DNA of 64,000 bases, taken from assembly GCA_030526195.1 (NCBI GenBank), contig JAUNDG010000002.1, positions 25,248 to 89,247 on the forward strand. The letters run 5' to 3'. Shown in pieces: positions 37,882 through 45,705 of this stretch; position 1 is the stretch's first letter, and every line of letters starts with the position of its first letter. The translations under genes were made by a program, and so were the position numbers. The DNA comes from Lachnospiraceae bacterium (GTDB lineage: Bacteria > Bacillota > Clostridia > Lachnospirales > Lachnospiraceae). The notes under the pieces are model-generated. The model searched no databases and had not been told where the DNA came from. It was given only the letters and a program-made list of their open reading frames with translations.

Positions 37882-37990
37882 GGACATGTTTTGATTTATA
37901 CTCATATCAGTTGATCGGAGATGATCGGAGATGATTAACAGGGAAAAACATTTCCCTCGTTCTTTGACAACTGAACATCGTTCATGAAGG

Positions 37991-38605
37991 TCAGTTCATG
38001 AAACGGAATACACCGGCAACCCTTCCGAGGATACGAATATCCTGATCGGGGGTGACGATGATCGGATCCATGGTGTCGTTTTCCGGCTGGAGACGGATAA
38101 AACCATCCTCTTTATAGAAGGTTTTCACTGTGGCAGAGTCATCGAGAAGTGCAACTATCATTTCACCGTTCCGAGCAGATGCCTTTTCCTCCACAAGGAT
38201 ATAGTCACCCGGAAGGATGCCGGCCTGTATCATGGATTCACCTTTAACCTGAAGCATGAAGGTCTGACCCTTCGGCAGCTTGTCTGCCGGGATTGGGAAG
38301 TAGCTGTCGATATTCTGTTCGGCCAGAAGCGGCTGACCGGCGGCAACGGTCCCGACCATGGGCACCTGGACCATCTCCCGGCGCATGGAATAGAAGCTGT
38401 CGTCGGTGATCTCGATGGTTCTGGGCTTTGTGGGGTCACGACGAATCAAACCGTTTTTCTCAAGAGTGGCCAGATGGGCGTGAACGGAGGAAGTGGATTT
38501 CAGATCCACAGCCTTGCAAATATCACGCACTGAAGGCGGATACCCTTTTTCGAGAATCTGCTCTTTGATATAGTCAAGGATTTCCTGCTGTTTTTCGCTG
38601 ATCAT
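37991..38605 (-). CDS. lexA: LexA repressor
   Basis: N-terminal winged HTH (PSVRDICKAVDLKSTSSVHAHL), the cleavage site VAAGQP, and S24 peptidase Ser/Lys (VKGESM...KTF). Confidence 0.95.
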   Translation of the reverse strand: MISEKQQEILDYIKEQILEKGYPPSVRDICKAVDLKSTSSVHAHLATLEKNGLIRRDPTKPRTIEITDDSFYSMRREMVQVPMVGTVAAGQPLLAEQNIDSYFPIPADKLPKGQTFMLQVKGESMIQAGILPGDYILVEEKASARNGEMIVALLDDSATVKTFYKEDGFIRLQPENDTMDPIIVTPDQDIRILGRVAGVFRFMN

Positions 38606-38684
38606 ATGAAACCTCTTTTCTTGTGTGTGTGTTGTGTATCCTGTGCCTGCCGGGTCGTTTTGAGGTTAACGATCCGGCAGTGTG

Positions 38685-38757
38685 CAAACGTGTGTTCTGA
38701 CATAACTATACCATATCAAAAGAGCAAAAACAAACATTAGTTCCGAACAGACATTCT
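38685..38757 (-). promoter_or_regulatory. lexA autoregulatory region: three LexA (Cheo-type) boxes bracketing a TTGTTT-17-TATAGT promoter
   Basis: Boxes CAAACGTGTGTTCT (38685-38698), CAAACATTAGTTCC (38731-38744) and CGAACAGACATTCT (38744-38757). On the minus strand, the -10 TATAGT is at 38705-38710 and the -35 TTGTTT is at 38728-38733. Confidence 0.6.
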
Positions 38758-38915
38758 TTTTTGCGGCATTTTATATCTGCCGAACGGAGTATTTTTAGGG
38801 TTTTGGCCCAACAATTTGGCCTGTTTCATACTATGTTCACATTTGCTGTGCTATAATCGCCCCATCAAGACATGGTGAACACATTCATCATTTTTGGGAA
38901 TCAAAGGAGGTTATT

Positions 38916-39395
38916 ATGAGAAAAGTAAAAGTATTGATCAGTATGGCTATGGTAGCAGCTCTGGCATTTATGATGACAGCCTGCGGCGGCACAAAGGCAG
39001 AAGACAAACCGGCTGAAACACCGGCTGCCACAGAAACACCGGCTGAAGCAGAATCAGATGAACCGGAAGGTGATGTTGATTACGCACATCCGGACATCGT
39101 CATCGAATTCGGTGATCATGCCGCCATCGAAAAACTGGCTAAGGACAACCAGAATTTTGAAACAGCCGAAGGCACCATCGTTAAGATCACAGGTATCCTG
39201 AATACCGATCTGTCCACACCGACAATCAACGAAGAAGTTGATGAAAGCAACAAGGTTGGTGTCAGCTTCTATGTTGACGGCGATTGGGAAGCACCGGCCA
39301 ACGGCTCCAAGATCGAACTCACCGGTGTGATCGTCCAGGGCAATATGTTTATGAAGCTTCAGGTTCCGTCAGGCAACATCTCTGTTGTGGAATAA
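38916..39395 (+). CDS. lipoprotein of unknown function
   Basis: Lipobox FMMTAC-GG after a signal peptide, a Pro/Thr/Glu-rich linker, then a globular domain of about 100 aa. AAAGGAGG RBS. Confidence 0.65.
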   Translation: MRKVKVLISMAMVAALAFMMTACGGTKAEDKPAETPAATETPAEAESDEPEGDVDYAHPDIVIEFGDHAAIEKLAKDNQNFETAEGTIVKITGILNTDLSTPTINEEVDESNKVGVSFYVDGDWEAPANGSKIELTGVIVQGNMFMKLQVPSGNISVVE

Positions 39396-39451
39396 TGAGA
39401 ACGCTGAAAGTCAAGTAAGCACATAACAATCGAATATTCATAAGATAAGTG

Positions 39452-39486
39452 AGAGCCTGCGGGAAAGCCTGCAGGCTCTTTCTTTG
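39452..39486 (+). terminator. intrinsic terminator after the lipoprotein gene
   Basis: AGAGCCTGC-GGGAAAG-CCTGCAGGCTCT followed by TTCTTT. Confidence 0.65.
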
Positions 39487-39655
39487 TCCATTTACCTTTA
39501 GCTATGAATCCGTTGGTAAATAGCGCAAGAGTAAGCCGATGAGGCATGTCGCGTCTTTGTAACGATGTTTGTTATTTTTCGAATCTAACACCAGCATTTC
39601 TGAATCCGCTGATATAACGAATGGATCAGCGTAACACGGTCAAAAACAGGGCATT

Positions 39656-39751
39656 CGAAAATATGTTCGAAAAAGTGTTAAAATAATATTGACAAACGTA
39701 CGTTCGGGAAGTATTATCAGTTCAAGAACGGATGTTCGGAACGGTTGTTCG
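39656..39751 (+). promoter_or_regulatory. SOS-controlled promoter: TTGACA-17-TATTAT with four LexA boxes
   Basis: Boxes CGAAAATATGTTCG (39656-39669), CAAACGTACGTTCG (39693-39706, inside the spacer), AGAACGGATGTTCG (39725-39738) and GGAACGGTTGTTCG (39738-39751). The -35 is at 39689-39694 and the -10 at 39712-39717. Confidence 0.7.
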
Positions 39752-39785
39752 CCCAGCGAACGGAAGAGTAATGAGGAAAGAGAAG

Positions 39786-40196
39786 ATGAAGAGACAGAGA
39801 ACATACTATTACGATTATGACAGACATACTTACAGACAAAACCGTACCGGAAGATCCTATGCAAAAGCTGTGGCTCGCCAGCAAAAAGACCAGTTAAAGC
39901 ACTGGAAACTGACAGCCGTTATTCTCATCGTGGTATGTATTCTGACCATTGCATTTGCCATGATTCTGACAACAAGCGAAACACGCGCTGATGAACAGGC
40001 TGAAGTAAAAAGCTACGTCAGTTATGAGATTCAGGCCGGTGATACCTTATGGAGCATCGCCTCAGACATTTATTCAAGTCAATCAGATATCAAACGCTGC
40101 GTAGCCGAAATTAAAATGATCAATGGTATCAGCGAAGATCTGATTCATGCCGGATGCCACATCATCGTACCGCAGATTGATTCTGCGATGGTCTGA
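39786..40196 (+). CDS. YneA-like SOS-induced LysM membrane protein (candidate cell-division inhibitor)
   Basis: A basic N-terminus, one TM segment (LTAVILIVVCILTIAFAMIL) and an extracytoplasmic LysM domain (YEIQAGDTLWSIA...INGI...AGCHIIVP). The start could instead be ATG 39771. Confidence 0.6.
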   Translation: MKRQRTYYYDYDRHTYRQNRTGRSYAKAVARQQKDQLKHWKLTAVILIVVCILTIAFAMILTTSETRADEQAEVKSYVSYEIQAGDTLWSIASDIYSSQSDIKRCVAEIKMINGISEDLIHAGCHIIVPQIDSAMV

Positions 40197-40400
40197 CCGA
40201 CACCATAGTTTTGTCATCACAGAGTTCCCCCTTTTGTCTGTGATTTGACATATTGTTTGTTTACCTCATATTGATATGTGCCCCTTGCACAGAGAAGCCG
40301 TCATGTCTATTCGCCGTGGACATGGCGGTTTCGCATTTTTGACATCTTTACAAGGGGATACAGATATATCTTTTCGCCAAACGCGAGTTTAACGAAAAGA

Positions 40401-40429
40401 TTGACAAGGGATTAAGGGAATATTACAAT
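40401..40429 (+). promoter_or_regulatory. candidate promoter of the recombinase gene (TTGACA-17-TACAAT)
   Basis: TTGACA at 40401-40406, a 17-nt spacer and TACAAT at 40424-40429. Confidence 0.5.
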
Positions 40430-40564
40430 ATATTAGGAATAATCGGTAAAAACTACCGTGCATTTGCCCGTCAAACCGATGATCACGTTTTGATGGTCTA
40501 TGCACCTAACACCGTTAATACAATCAGATTTAGAAATCAGACACACACAACGAGGTACACCGCT

Positions 40565-41644
40565 ATGGCTGATCGTCAGACTTATCATCAGCAAAATGAC
40601 ATCAAGAATATTTTAAAGCTCCGTGAAGTCCTGGCCACGCTGCCGGCTTTCGTTAAGGATTATTTCCGGTCTATTGATGCCACCACATCCACGAAAACCC
40701 GTATTTCCTATGCTTATGATATCCGGGTCTTTTTTCAGTTCCTTCAGTCCATGAATCCGGTCTGGAAAAACCAGGCTCTGACGGACTTCAAAATTGATGA
40801 CCTGGATAAAGTCAATGCCCGTGACATTGAGGAATATCTGGAATATCTCAAATACTACGAAGCGCCCGCCGAGAATACAGCCGCCGGGGAATCCCGGACC
40901 TGCACCAACGGCGAACGTGGTCTCAAGCGCAAAATGTCAGCTCTGCGCAGCTTTTATGCCTATTATTTCCGTCAGGAAATGATCAAAACGAACCCCACGG
41001 TGCTTGTGGATATGCCCAAAATTCATGAACGAACGATTGTTCGATTGGATGCGGATGAAGTGGCCATGTTGCTGGATTTTGTTGAAAATGCCGGCAATGT
41101 GTTAACCGGTCAGGCCCTGGCTTATTATCAGAAAACCCGTGAACGTGATCTGGCCTTAATGACTCTGCTTCTGGGGACTGGTATTCGAGTCTCGGAATGT
41201 GTGGGGCTTGACATTGAGGATGTGGACTTTAAGAACAACGGGATCAAGATCGTTCGAAAAGGCGGTAATGAGGCTGTTGTCTACTTTGGCGATGAGGTGG
41301 AACGGGCTCTCAGGGATTATCTGGATGTGCGGGCCGGTATCGCCCCCTGCCCCGGTCACGAGCATGCTCTCTTCTATTCTACACAGAGAAAACGGATGAC
41401 CGTGCGTTCTGTTGAAAATCTGGTTGAAAAATATGCCTCACAGATCACCGGGACCAAGAAAATCACCCCTCATAAGCTCCGCAGTACTTACGGCACCGCT
41501 CTGTACCGCGAGACAGGCGATATATACCTCGTGGCGGATGTTCTGGGCCACAAGGACGTCAATACCACCCGTAAGCACTACGCGGCCATGGACGACCTCA
41601 GACGGCGCCAGGCGGCCGGTGCGGTCCAGCTGCGTGAGGATTGA
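40565..41644 (+). CDS. Xer-type tyrosine recombinase, XerS-sized (359 aa)
   Basis: Catalytic region RDLALMTLLLGTGIRVSE (Arg), ITPHKLRSTYGTALY (H-x-x-R) and LGHKDVNTTRKHY (His, Tyr). The N-terminal core-binding domain is long. GAGGT RBS before ATG 40565. Confidence 0.85.
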   Translation: MADRQTYHQQNDIKNILKLREVLATLPAFVKDYFRSIDATTSTKTRISYAYDIRVFFQFLQSMNPVWKNQALTDFKIDDLDKVNARDIEEYLEYLKYYEAPAENTAAGESRTCTNGERGLKRKMSALRSFYAYYFRQEMIKTNPTVLVDMPKIHERTIVRLDADEVAMLLDFVENAGNVLTGQALAYYQKTRERDLALMTLLLGTGIRVSECVGLDIEDVDFKNNGIKIVRKGGNEAVVYFGDEVERALRDYLDVRAGIAPCPGHEHALFYSTQRKRMTVRSVENLVEKYASQITGTKKITPHKLRSTYGTALYRETGDIYLVADVLGHKDVNTTRKHYAAMDDLRRRQAAGAVQLRED

Positions 41645-41708
41645 GTCATGCCTCACTTCAGATTTGTGATCATGCCACATCACGAGTCTGAAGTTGATTG
41701 AGATGGTT

Positions 41709-41735
41709 AGTTTCCATAATGATATTACGTAAACT
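41709..41735. other. dif-like recombination site candidate (11-bp arms, 5-bp core)
   Basis: AGTTTCCATAA-TGATA-TTACGTAAACT. The arms are 9/11 inverted repeats, and the right arm is one mismatch from the TTATGTAAACT arm of Bacillus-type dif as I recall it. Confidence 0.45.
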
Positions 41736-41794
41736 ACAACACCGGTGCTCATAGGTGTGCCATCTGATGAAATAAATAATTTGATATATACATA

Positions 41795-41845
41795 AAAACA
41801 GCCCTCGGCTTCAGACAATCTGTCTTTGAAGTCGAGGGCTGTTTT
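41795..41845. terminator. bidirectional intrinsic terminator at the convergence point
   Basis: AAAACAGCCCTCGGCTTCAGACA...TGTCTTTGAAGTCGAGGGCTGTTTT: a long stem flanked by an A-run and a T-run. Confidence 0.8.
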
Positions 41846-41856
41846 ATCATCACATC

Positions 41857-42543
41857 TTACAGAACTTTCTTTTGAATATTGTCGTATTCGCGATTCTCAC
41901 ACCAGTAGACAGTCCGTTCTGTTGTATCAAACACCATGGACACGACTGTGGGGCAAACTTCCTGTGAGCAGGCCTTAAGAATCTTAAAAATATCATCCAC
42001 ATCGCCATCATCGGGCATAGCGGCTAACATCTTTTCAGCTGTCTGAAATCGATCAAGGCCCATCCAGGGGTGCATTTCAGATTCGCCTTTAAACGGCGAA
42101 AAATTCGTCAGGACAATGTGATCGGGCTTTTCATAGTATTTGTATCCCTGGCCGGGAATGATATGCAGCACATTGCCTTCTGCATCTGTCAGTGATGACA
42201 TAAAGGTTACCCCCGGTATACTGTAAACAGGCTCCTTTTCAGCGATGGACTTAATTTCCTGAAATGTTTTCTTCTGAAGTAAAAGATCTATGCCAAGCAT
42301 CATGGTGATCGGACAGGCCGGTGAAACCGGATTGCTGCGGTCATCAAAGGGATGACAGGTCGGCATACCCACAAAATCACCGCGCTTATTAGCGCCAAAA
42401 ATCGGGATCCACCCTTCTTTGTCATCTTTGATATCGATATAGACACCATTTTCATCGGAACGGACCCGATGGACCATGCCCAGAATATCAAGATTCCAAC
42501 CTACTAATGTTTTGTTTTTATTGACAGTTATGCTTGTGCACAT
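41857..42543 (-). CDS. Ntn-hydrolase-like protein (choloylglycine hydrolase/linear amide C-N hydrolase-like), short form
   Basis: Starts MCTSITVNKNKTLVGWNLD, with Cys2 as the candidate N-terminal nucleophile and an N-x-D further on. GGAGAG RBS before ATG 42543. At 228 aa it is shorter than typical family members (about 320 aa). The ORF-track extension to 42576 overlaps the repeat element. Confidence 0.5.
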   Translation of the reverse strand: MCTSITVNKNKTLVGWNLDILGMVHRVRSDENGVYIDIKDDKEGWIPIFGANKRGDFVGMPTCHPFDDRSNPVSPACPITMMLGIDLLLQKKTFQEIKSIAEKEPVYSIPGVTFMSSLTDAEGNVLHIIPGQGYKYYEKPDHIVLTNFSPFKGESEMHPWMGLDRFQTAEKMLAAMPDDGDVDDIFKILKACSQEVCPTVVSMVFDTTERTVYWCENREYDNIQKKVL

Positions 42544-42558
42544 GTTTTCTCTCCTCTG

Positions 42559-42611
42559 AAAAGCGGACACTCGCAATACCCGCAGGGCACGATGTCCGCT
42601 TCGCTACTTGC
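42559..42611 (-). repeat. 52-nt conserved hairpin element, copy B, in the 5' leader of the Ntn-hydrolase-like gene
   Basis: The reverse complement, GCAAGTAGCGAAGCGGACATCGTGCCCTGCGGGTATTGCGAGTGTCCGCTTTT, matches 32353-32404 at 49/52 positions. It ends 16 nt before ATG 42543. Confidence 0.75.
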
Positions 42612-42628
42612 TGCGGTTCAATAATCAT

Positions 42629-43375
42629 TTACCAGTTCATTTTCTGAAGCCAGTTGTTGACTGAATCTTCACGTTCTTTTGGAGACTGATCATTTTTTAA
42701 AACTAACTCACCCTGAATATGCCCATCCTCCAGGTAAAGGATTCTGCCGCAGTGGCTGGCCATGCGGCTGTCGTGAGTTACCATGAAAATCGTGGTCCCC
42801 GCTTTGTTGAGTGATACAAGGGTATTCATAACATCTGCTGAAGCATTTTGATTAAGAGCCCCTGTCGGCTCATCTGCAAACAGGATGACAGGATCATTCA
42901 TGAGGCTTCTGCAGATGCAGGCCCTTTGCAACTGCCCTCCGGATACTTCTGTTATGCGTCTTCTGTCCAGTCCGCCGATAGAAAGTGTCTGCATCAGCTT
43001 CTGTGCTTTTGCGGTCAGGGCTTTTTCGCCGATTTTTTGAGTTTTCTTTTCTTTATCGGCCTGAATAGCCGGGAGCAGGATGTTGTCTATGATGTTCAGA
43101 TTGTCTATCATATGCATCTGTTGGAAAACAAACCCCATTTCATGAAGGCGGAGGCGGGCACTTTCGTCTTCAGAAAGTGTGGTGATGTCTTTACCATTCA
43201 GCATAACATATCCGGAGTCAGGTTTGTCCATTCCCGATATATTGTAGAGCAATGTGGATTTGCCCGATCCGGAGGGACCCATCACAGCCACCATTTCACC
43301 GTTGCGCACATCCAGGGAAACATCGTGAAGGATGTCTTTTTTATTTAAAGATTTTACATTTAATATTATACTCAT
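42629..43375 (-). CDS. ABC transporter ATP-binding protein (MacB/LolD-like)
   Basis: Walker A GPSGSGKST, signature VSGGQLQR, Walker B LFADEPTGALN. Confidence 0.9.
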   Translation of the reverse strand: MSIILNVKSLNKKDILHDVSLDVRNGEMVAVMGPSGSGKSTLLYNISGMDKPDSGYVMLNGKDITTLSEDESARLRLHEMGFVFQQMHMIDNLNIIDNILLPAIQADKEKKTQKIGEKALTAKAQKLMQTLSIGGLDRRRITEVSGGQLQRACICRSLMNDPVILFADEPTGALNQNASADVMNTLVSLNKAGTTIFMVTHDSRMASHCGRILYLEDGHIQGELVLKNDQSPKEREDSVNNWLQKMNW

Positions 43376-43378
43376 TGT

Positions 43379-45625
43379 TTACTCCTTTCCCCGGCAACAT
43401 TCAGATGCAGATATGCGATGGGTTCCGGCGGTTCCGACAAAGACAGCAATAAAACCGCTCATAATGAAAGCACTGAAAACCATCAAAACACCGGAAATTG
43501 AAATCACAAACTGAAAACCACAGGCACCAAGTGCTTGTAAGGCCACTTCGCAAATTGCCTGGCCAAAAACTATCGATAATACAGCCCCCGTCGCGATACC
43601 GATTAAAACGGGGCGTAACCCCTTTCTCATATATTGCTTTCTTATGACCTTATTTCTGAAACCTAAAGCTTTCCGCAGGGAAATCGAGATTCTGTTCTTT
43701 TCAATCATAAGACTGACAAACAGAATAACAACGACAATGATAATAAACAGAGCAATATTGAGCGCCGCAACTTTAACCTGATCAACCTGTTCAATGGTTG
43801 GTCCGTAAGTGGCTTTGACATAATCAGCGATGTTCACAACATCTGCGCCCAAACCGCTGTATCGGCTCAGCCACGCTTCTTTATCGGAGCCGGCAGTGAG
43901 TGAGACATAGATGATGCTCCAAATGACGGGGGTATCACTGTTATTATCGGTAAGGCGGCTCATTTTTGCTGTTTTACCGCCATTTGTGATATCGGAATAA
44001 ATGCCGCACACAACAACATTTTCAAAGGATTCTTCAGTGCCGATCGTCATCGTATCCCCAAGACCAAGACCTAAGTCCTTCGCCTGCAGGACAGACAAGG
44101 CGATGTCACCTTTCTTTTGCGGTGATCGCCCTTCGGTGTAAGCCACGGGGAAAACACTATGGTCACCGACTTCAATAAGCAGGTTTATGGGGCTTTCCTG
44201 GTCAACGAGGGCCGGACAGGATACGGTTTTTAACGCGACATAGTTATCAATCGAGGCATCCTGTTCCATAGTATCAACAATATGCTTTGTGACAGATGCG
44301 ATATCGTCTGATTGGCGTACGTCTAATCGATATTCAGCTGATCCGATGCCCATATATGACACAAACCCAGGGGCAGCGAGTGTTGTGTACAGATTTTGTG
44401 GAATCAGGGCCATCAGGCTGCATAGTGCTGTCACAAGACCGATCAAAACCATTTGGCTCGCCGTTGATCGACGACCAAAGGATCGATCACGAAACAGAGC
44501 ATCAATAACAGATATTTTTTCGTTCTTTTTCAGAATCCGTCTGATAAACAAAAGGATAATAGCCTGGATCAAAATGCCGATGAGCAGACCGGCTGATAAA
44601 GATACCGCAGTATTGTCAGGCGTACCATATAAGGCTTTTAACGACCGCCCCAGCGGTACGGCCAGGATTAAAGCCAGGATGAAGCCTGTTCCGCCGCCCA
44701 CGATTGCAAACAACAAATATTTGGCCTGATACATCTTTCTGATCTGTTTTTTGGGGATACCTAATGCTTTTAACAGACCGGCTTCCCGTCGATCGCGTTC
44801 CACCCCTATTGATGTGATATAGCCGATACATAAGAGGGAAATTACTAAAATGACAATACCCACAAGGAAAATGATCAATATCATAATACCGTCAGATAAT
44901 GCATTCATCAGTCTGATCAATGCTTTTGTGATGGTCGGCCCATTATCCGGTAATCCGGCCTGACGATAGGCCGCTGCAAAAGCATCCAGATCTGTTCCCG
45001 GTTTGAGCCGGTATTCGATCAGGTATTCTTCATGGCCGAGCGGATACAGTTTGTCATAATCCTCTTCTGACACCAGAAATCTCTTGGAAGAGGCCATCAT
45101 GGCATTCATCTGAGAGTCACGGATAAATCCGGCAATAAGATACTCCTGATTGACAATCCTGATGATCTCGCCCTCTTTAAGCTGATAAAGCTGACGGTAA
45201 CACACAGGAACATAAATCTGACCGGGGCGAACATCGGGCTGCCGGTTATCCATATCCAGAAGATAATCAAAGCCTGATCCCTGCAGGCACACCCCATTGT
45301 CCTGGGTATTATCGGCAATGTTTTCGCCATTAAGGTATAAGCGGCTGTTATCAATATTCAGAAACCGACTAACCTGCCAATCTTCGATTTCCTGATGGTC
45401 ATGAGCAAAGGCATTCAGGGCATCGTCATTTATCTGACCGGCATGCATTTGCAGATAGTCCGGTGTTTTGGCTTTTTCCATAAGATTATTGACACTACCG
45501 ATGAGATTGGTAAAGAGTGTCAGGGAAAGCACGATCAACAGAGATGATAGGGCCATAAAAATGACAGTGGCATATGACAGAAGCCTGTGCTTGTTGATGT
45601 CATTTTTTATCAGTCGCGTCAGCAT
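43379..45625 (-). CDS. ABC transporter permease with duplicated FtsX/MacB-type domains
   Basis: About 748 aa. Two TM bundles are each preceded by a large extracytoplasmic domain. GAGGAGGA RBS before ATG 45625. Confidence 0.8.
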   Translation of the reverse strand: MLTRLIKNDINKHRLLSYATVIFMALSSLLIVLSLTLFTNLIGSVNNLMEKAKTPDYLQMHAGQINDDALNAFAHDHQEIEDWQVSRFLNIDNSRLYLNGENIADNTQDNGVCLQGSGFDYLLDMDNRQPDVRPGQIYVPVCYRQLYQLKEGEIIRIVNQEYLIAGFIRDSQMNAMMASSKRFLVSEEDYDKLYPLGHEEYLIEYRLKPGTDLDAFAAAYRQAGLPDNGPTITKALIRLMNALSDGIMILIIFLVGIVILVISLLCIGYITSIGVERDRREAGLLKALGIPKKQIRKMYQAKYLLFAIVGGGTGFILALILAVPLGRSLKALYGTPDNTAVSLSAGLLIGILIQAIILLFIRRILKKNEKISVIDALFRDRSFGRRSTASQMVLIGLVTALCSLMALIPQNLYTTLAAPGFVSYMGIGSAEYRLDVRQSDDIASVTKHIVDTMEQDASIDNYVALKTVSCPALVDQESPINLLIEVGDHSVFPVAYTEGRSPQKKGDIALSVLQAKDLGLGLGDTMTIGTEESFENVVVCGIYSDITNGGKTAKMSRLTDNNSDTPVIWSIIYVSLTAGSDKEAWLSRYSGLGADVVNIADYVKATYGPTIEQVDQVKVAALNIALFIIIVVVILFVSLMIEKNRISISLRKALGFRNKVIRKQYMRKGLRPVLIGIATGAVLSIVFGQAICEVALQALGACGFQFVISISGVLMVFSAFIMSGFIAVFVGTAGTHRISASECCRGKE

Positions 45626-45648
45626 GGGTGTATCCTCCTCTGATATAC

Positions 45649-45667
45649 AACCGACAAGTTGTCGGTT
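45649..45667. promoter_or_regulatory. candidate TetR operator upstream of the ABC permease gene
   Basis: Perfect 9-bp inverted repeat AACCGACAA-G-TTGTCGGTT, about 20 nt upstream of the permease RBS. Confidence 0.5.
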
Positions 45668-45705
45668 AAAAGGTAAATATAAGGGAAACGCCAAAGCATT
45701 TCCCG

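Noticed and set aside
37912-37934. Tandem GATCGGAGAT x2.3 downstream of lexA.
   Set aside because: A very short microsatellite-like duplication in a 3' spacer, with no associated structure or gene.
40247-40340. Candidate small transcript, or a 38-aa ORF (ATG 40276), between the YneA-like gene and the recombinase gene: TTGACA at 40247 and a 10-bp hairpin (40298-40328) followed by TTCGCATTTTT.
   Set aside because: No acceptable -10 at 17-18 nt from the TTGACA, no RBS for the ORF, and the T-tract is separated from the stem. This is too weak to call.
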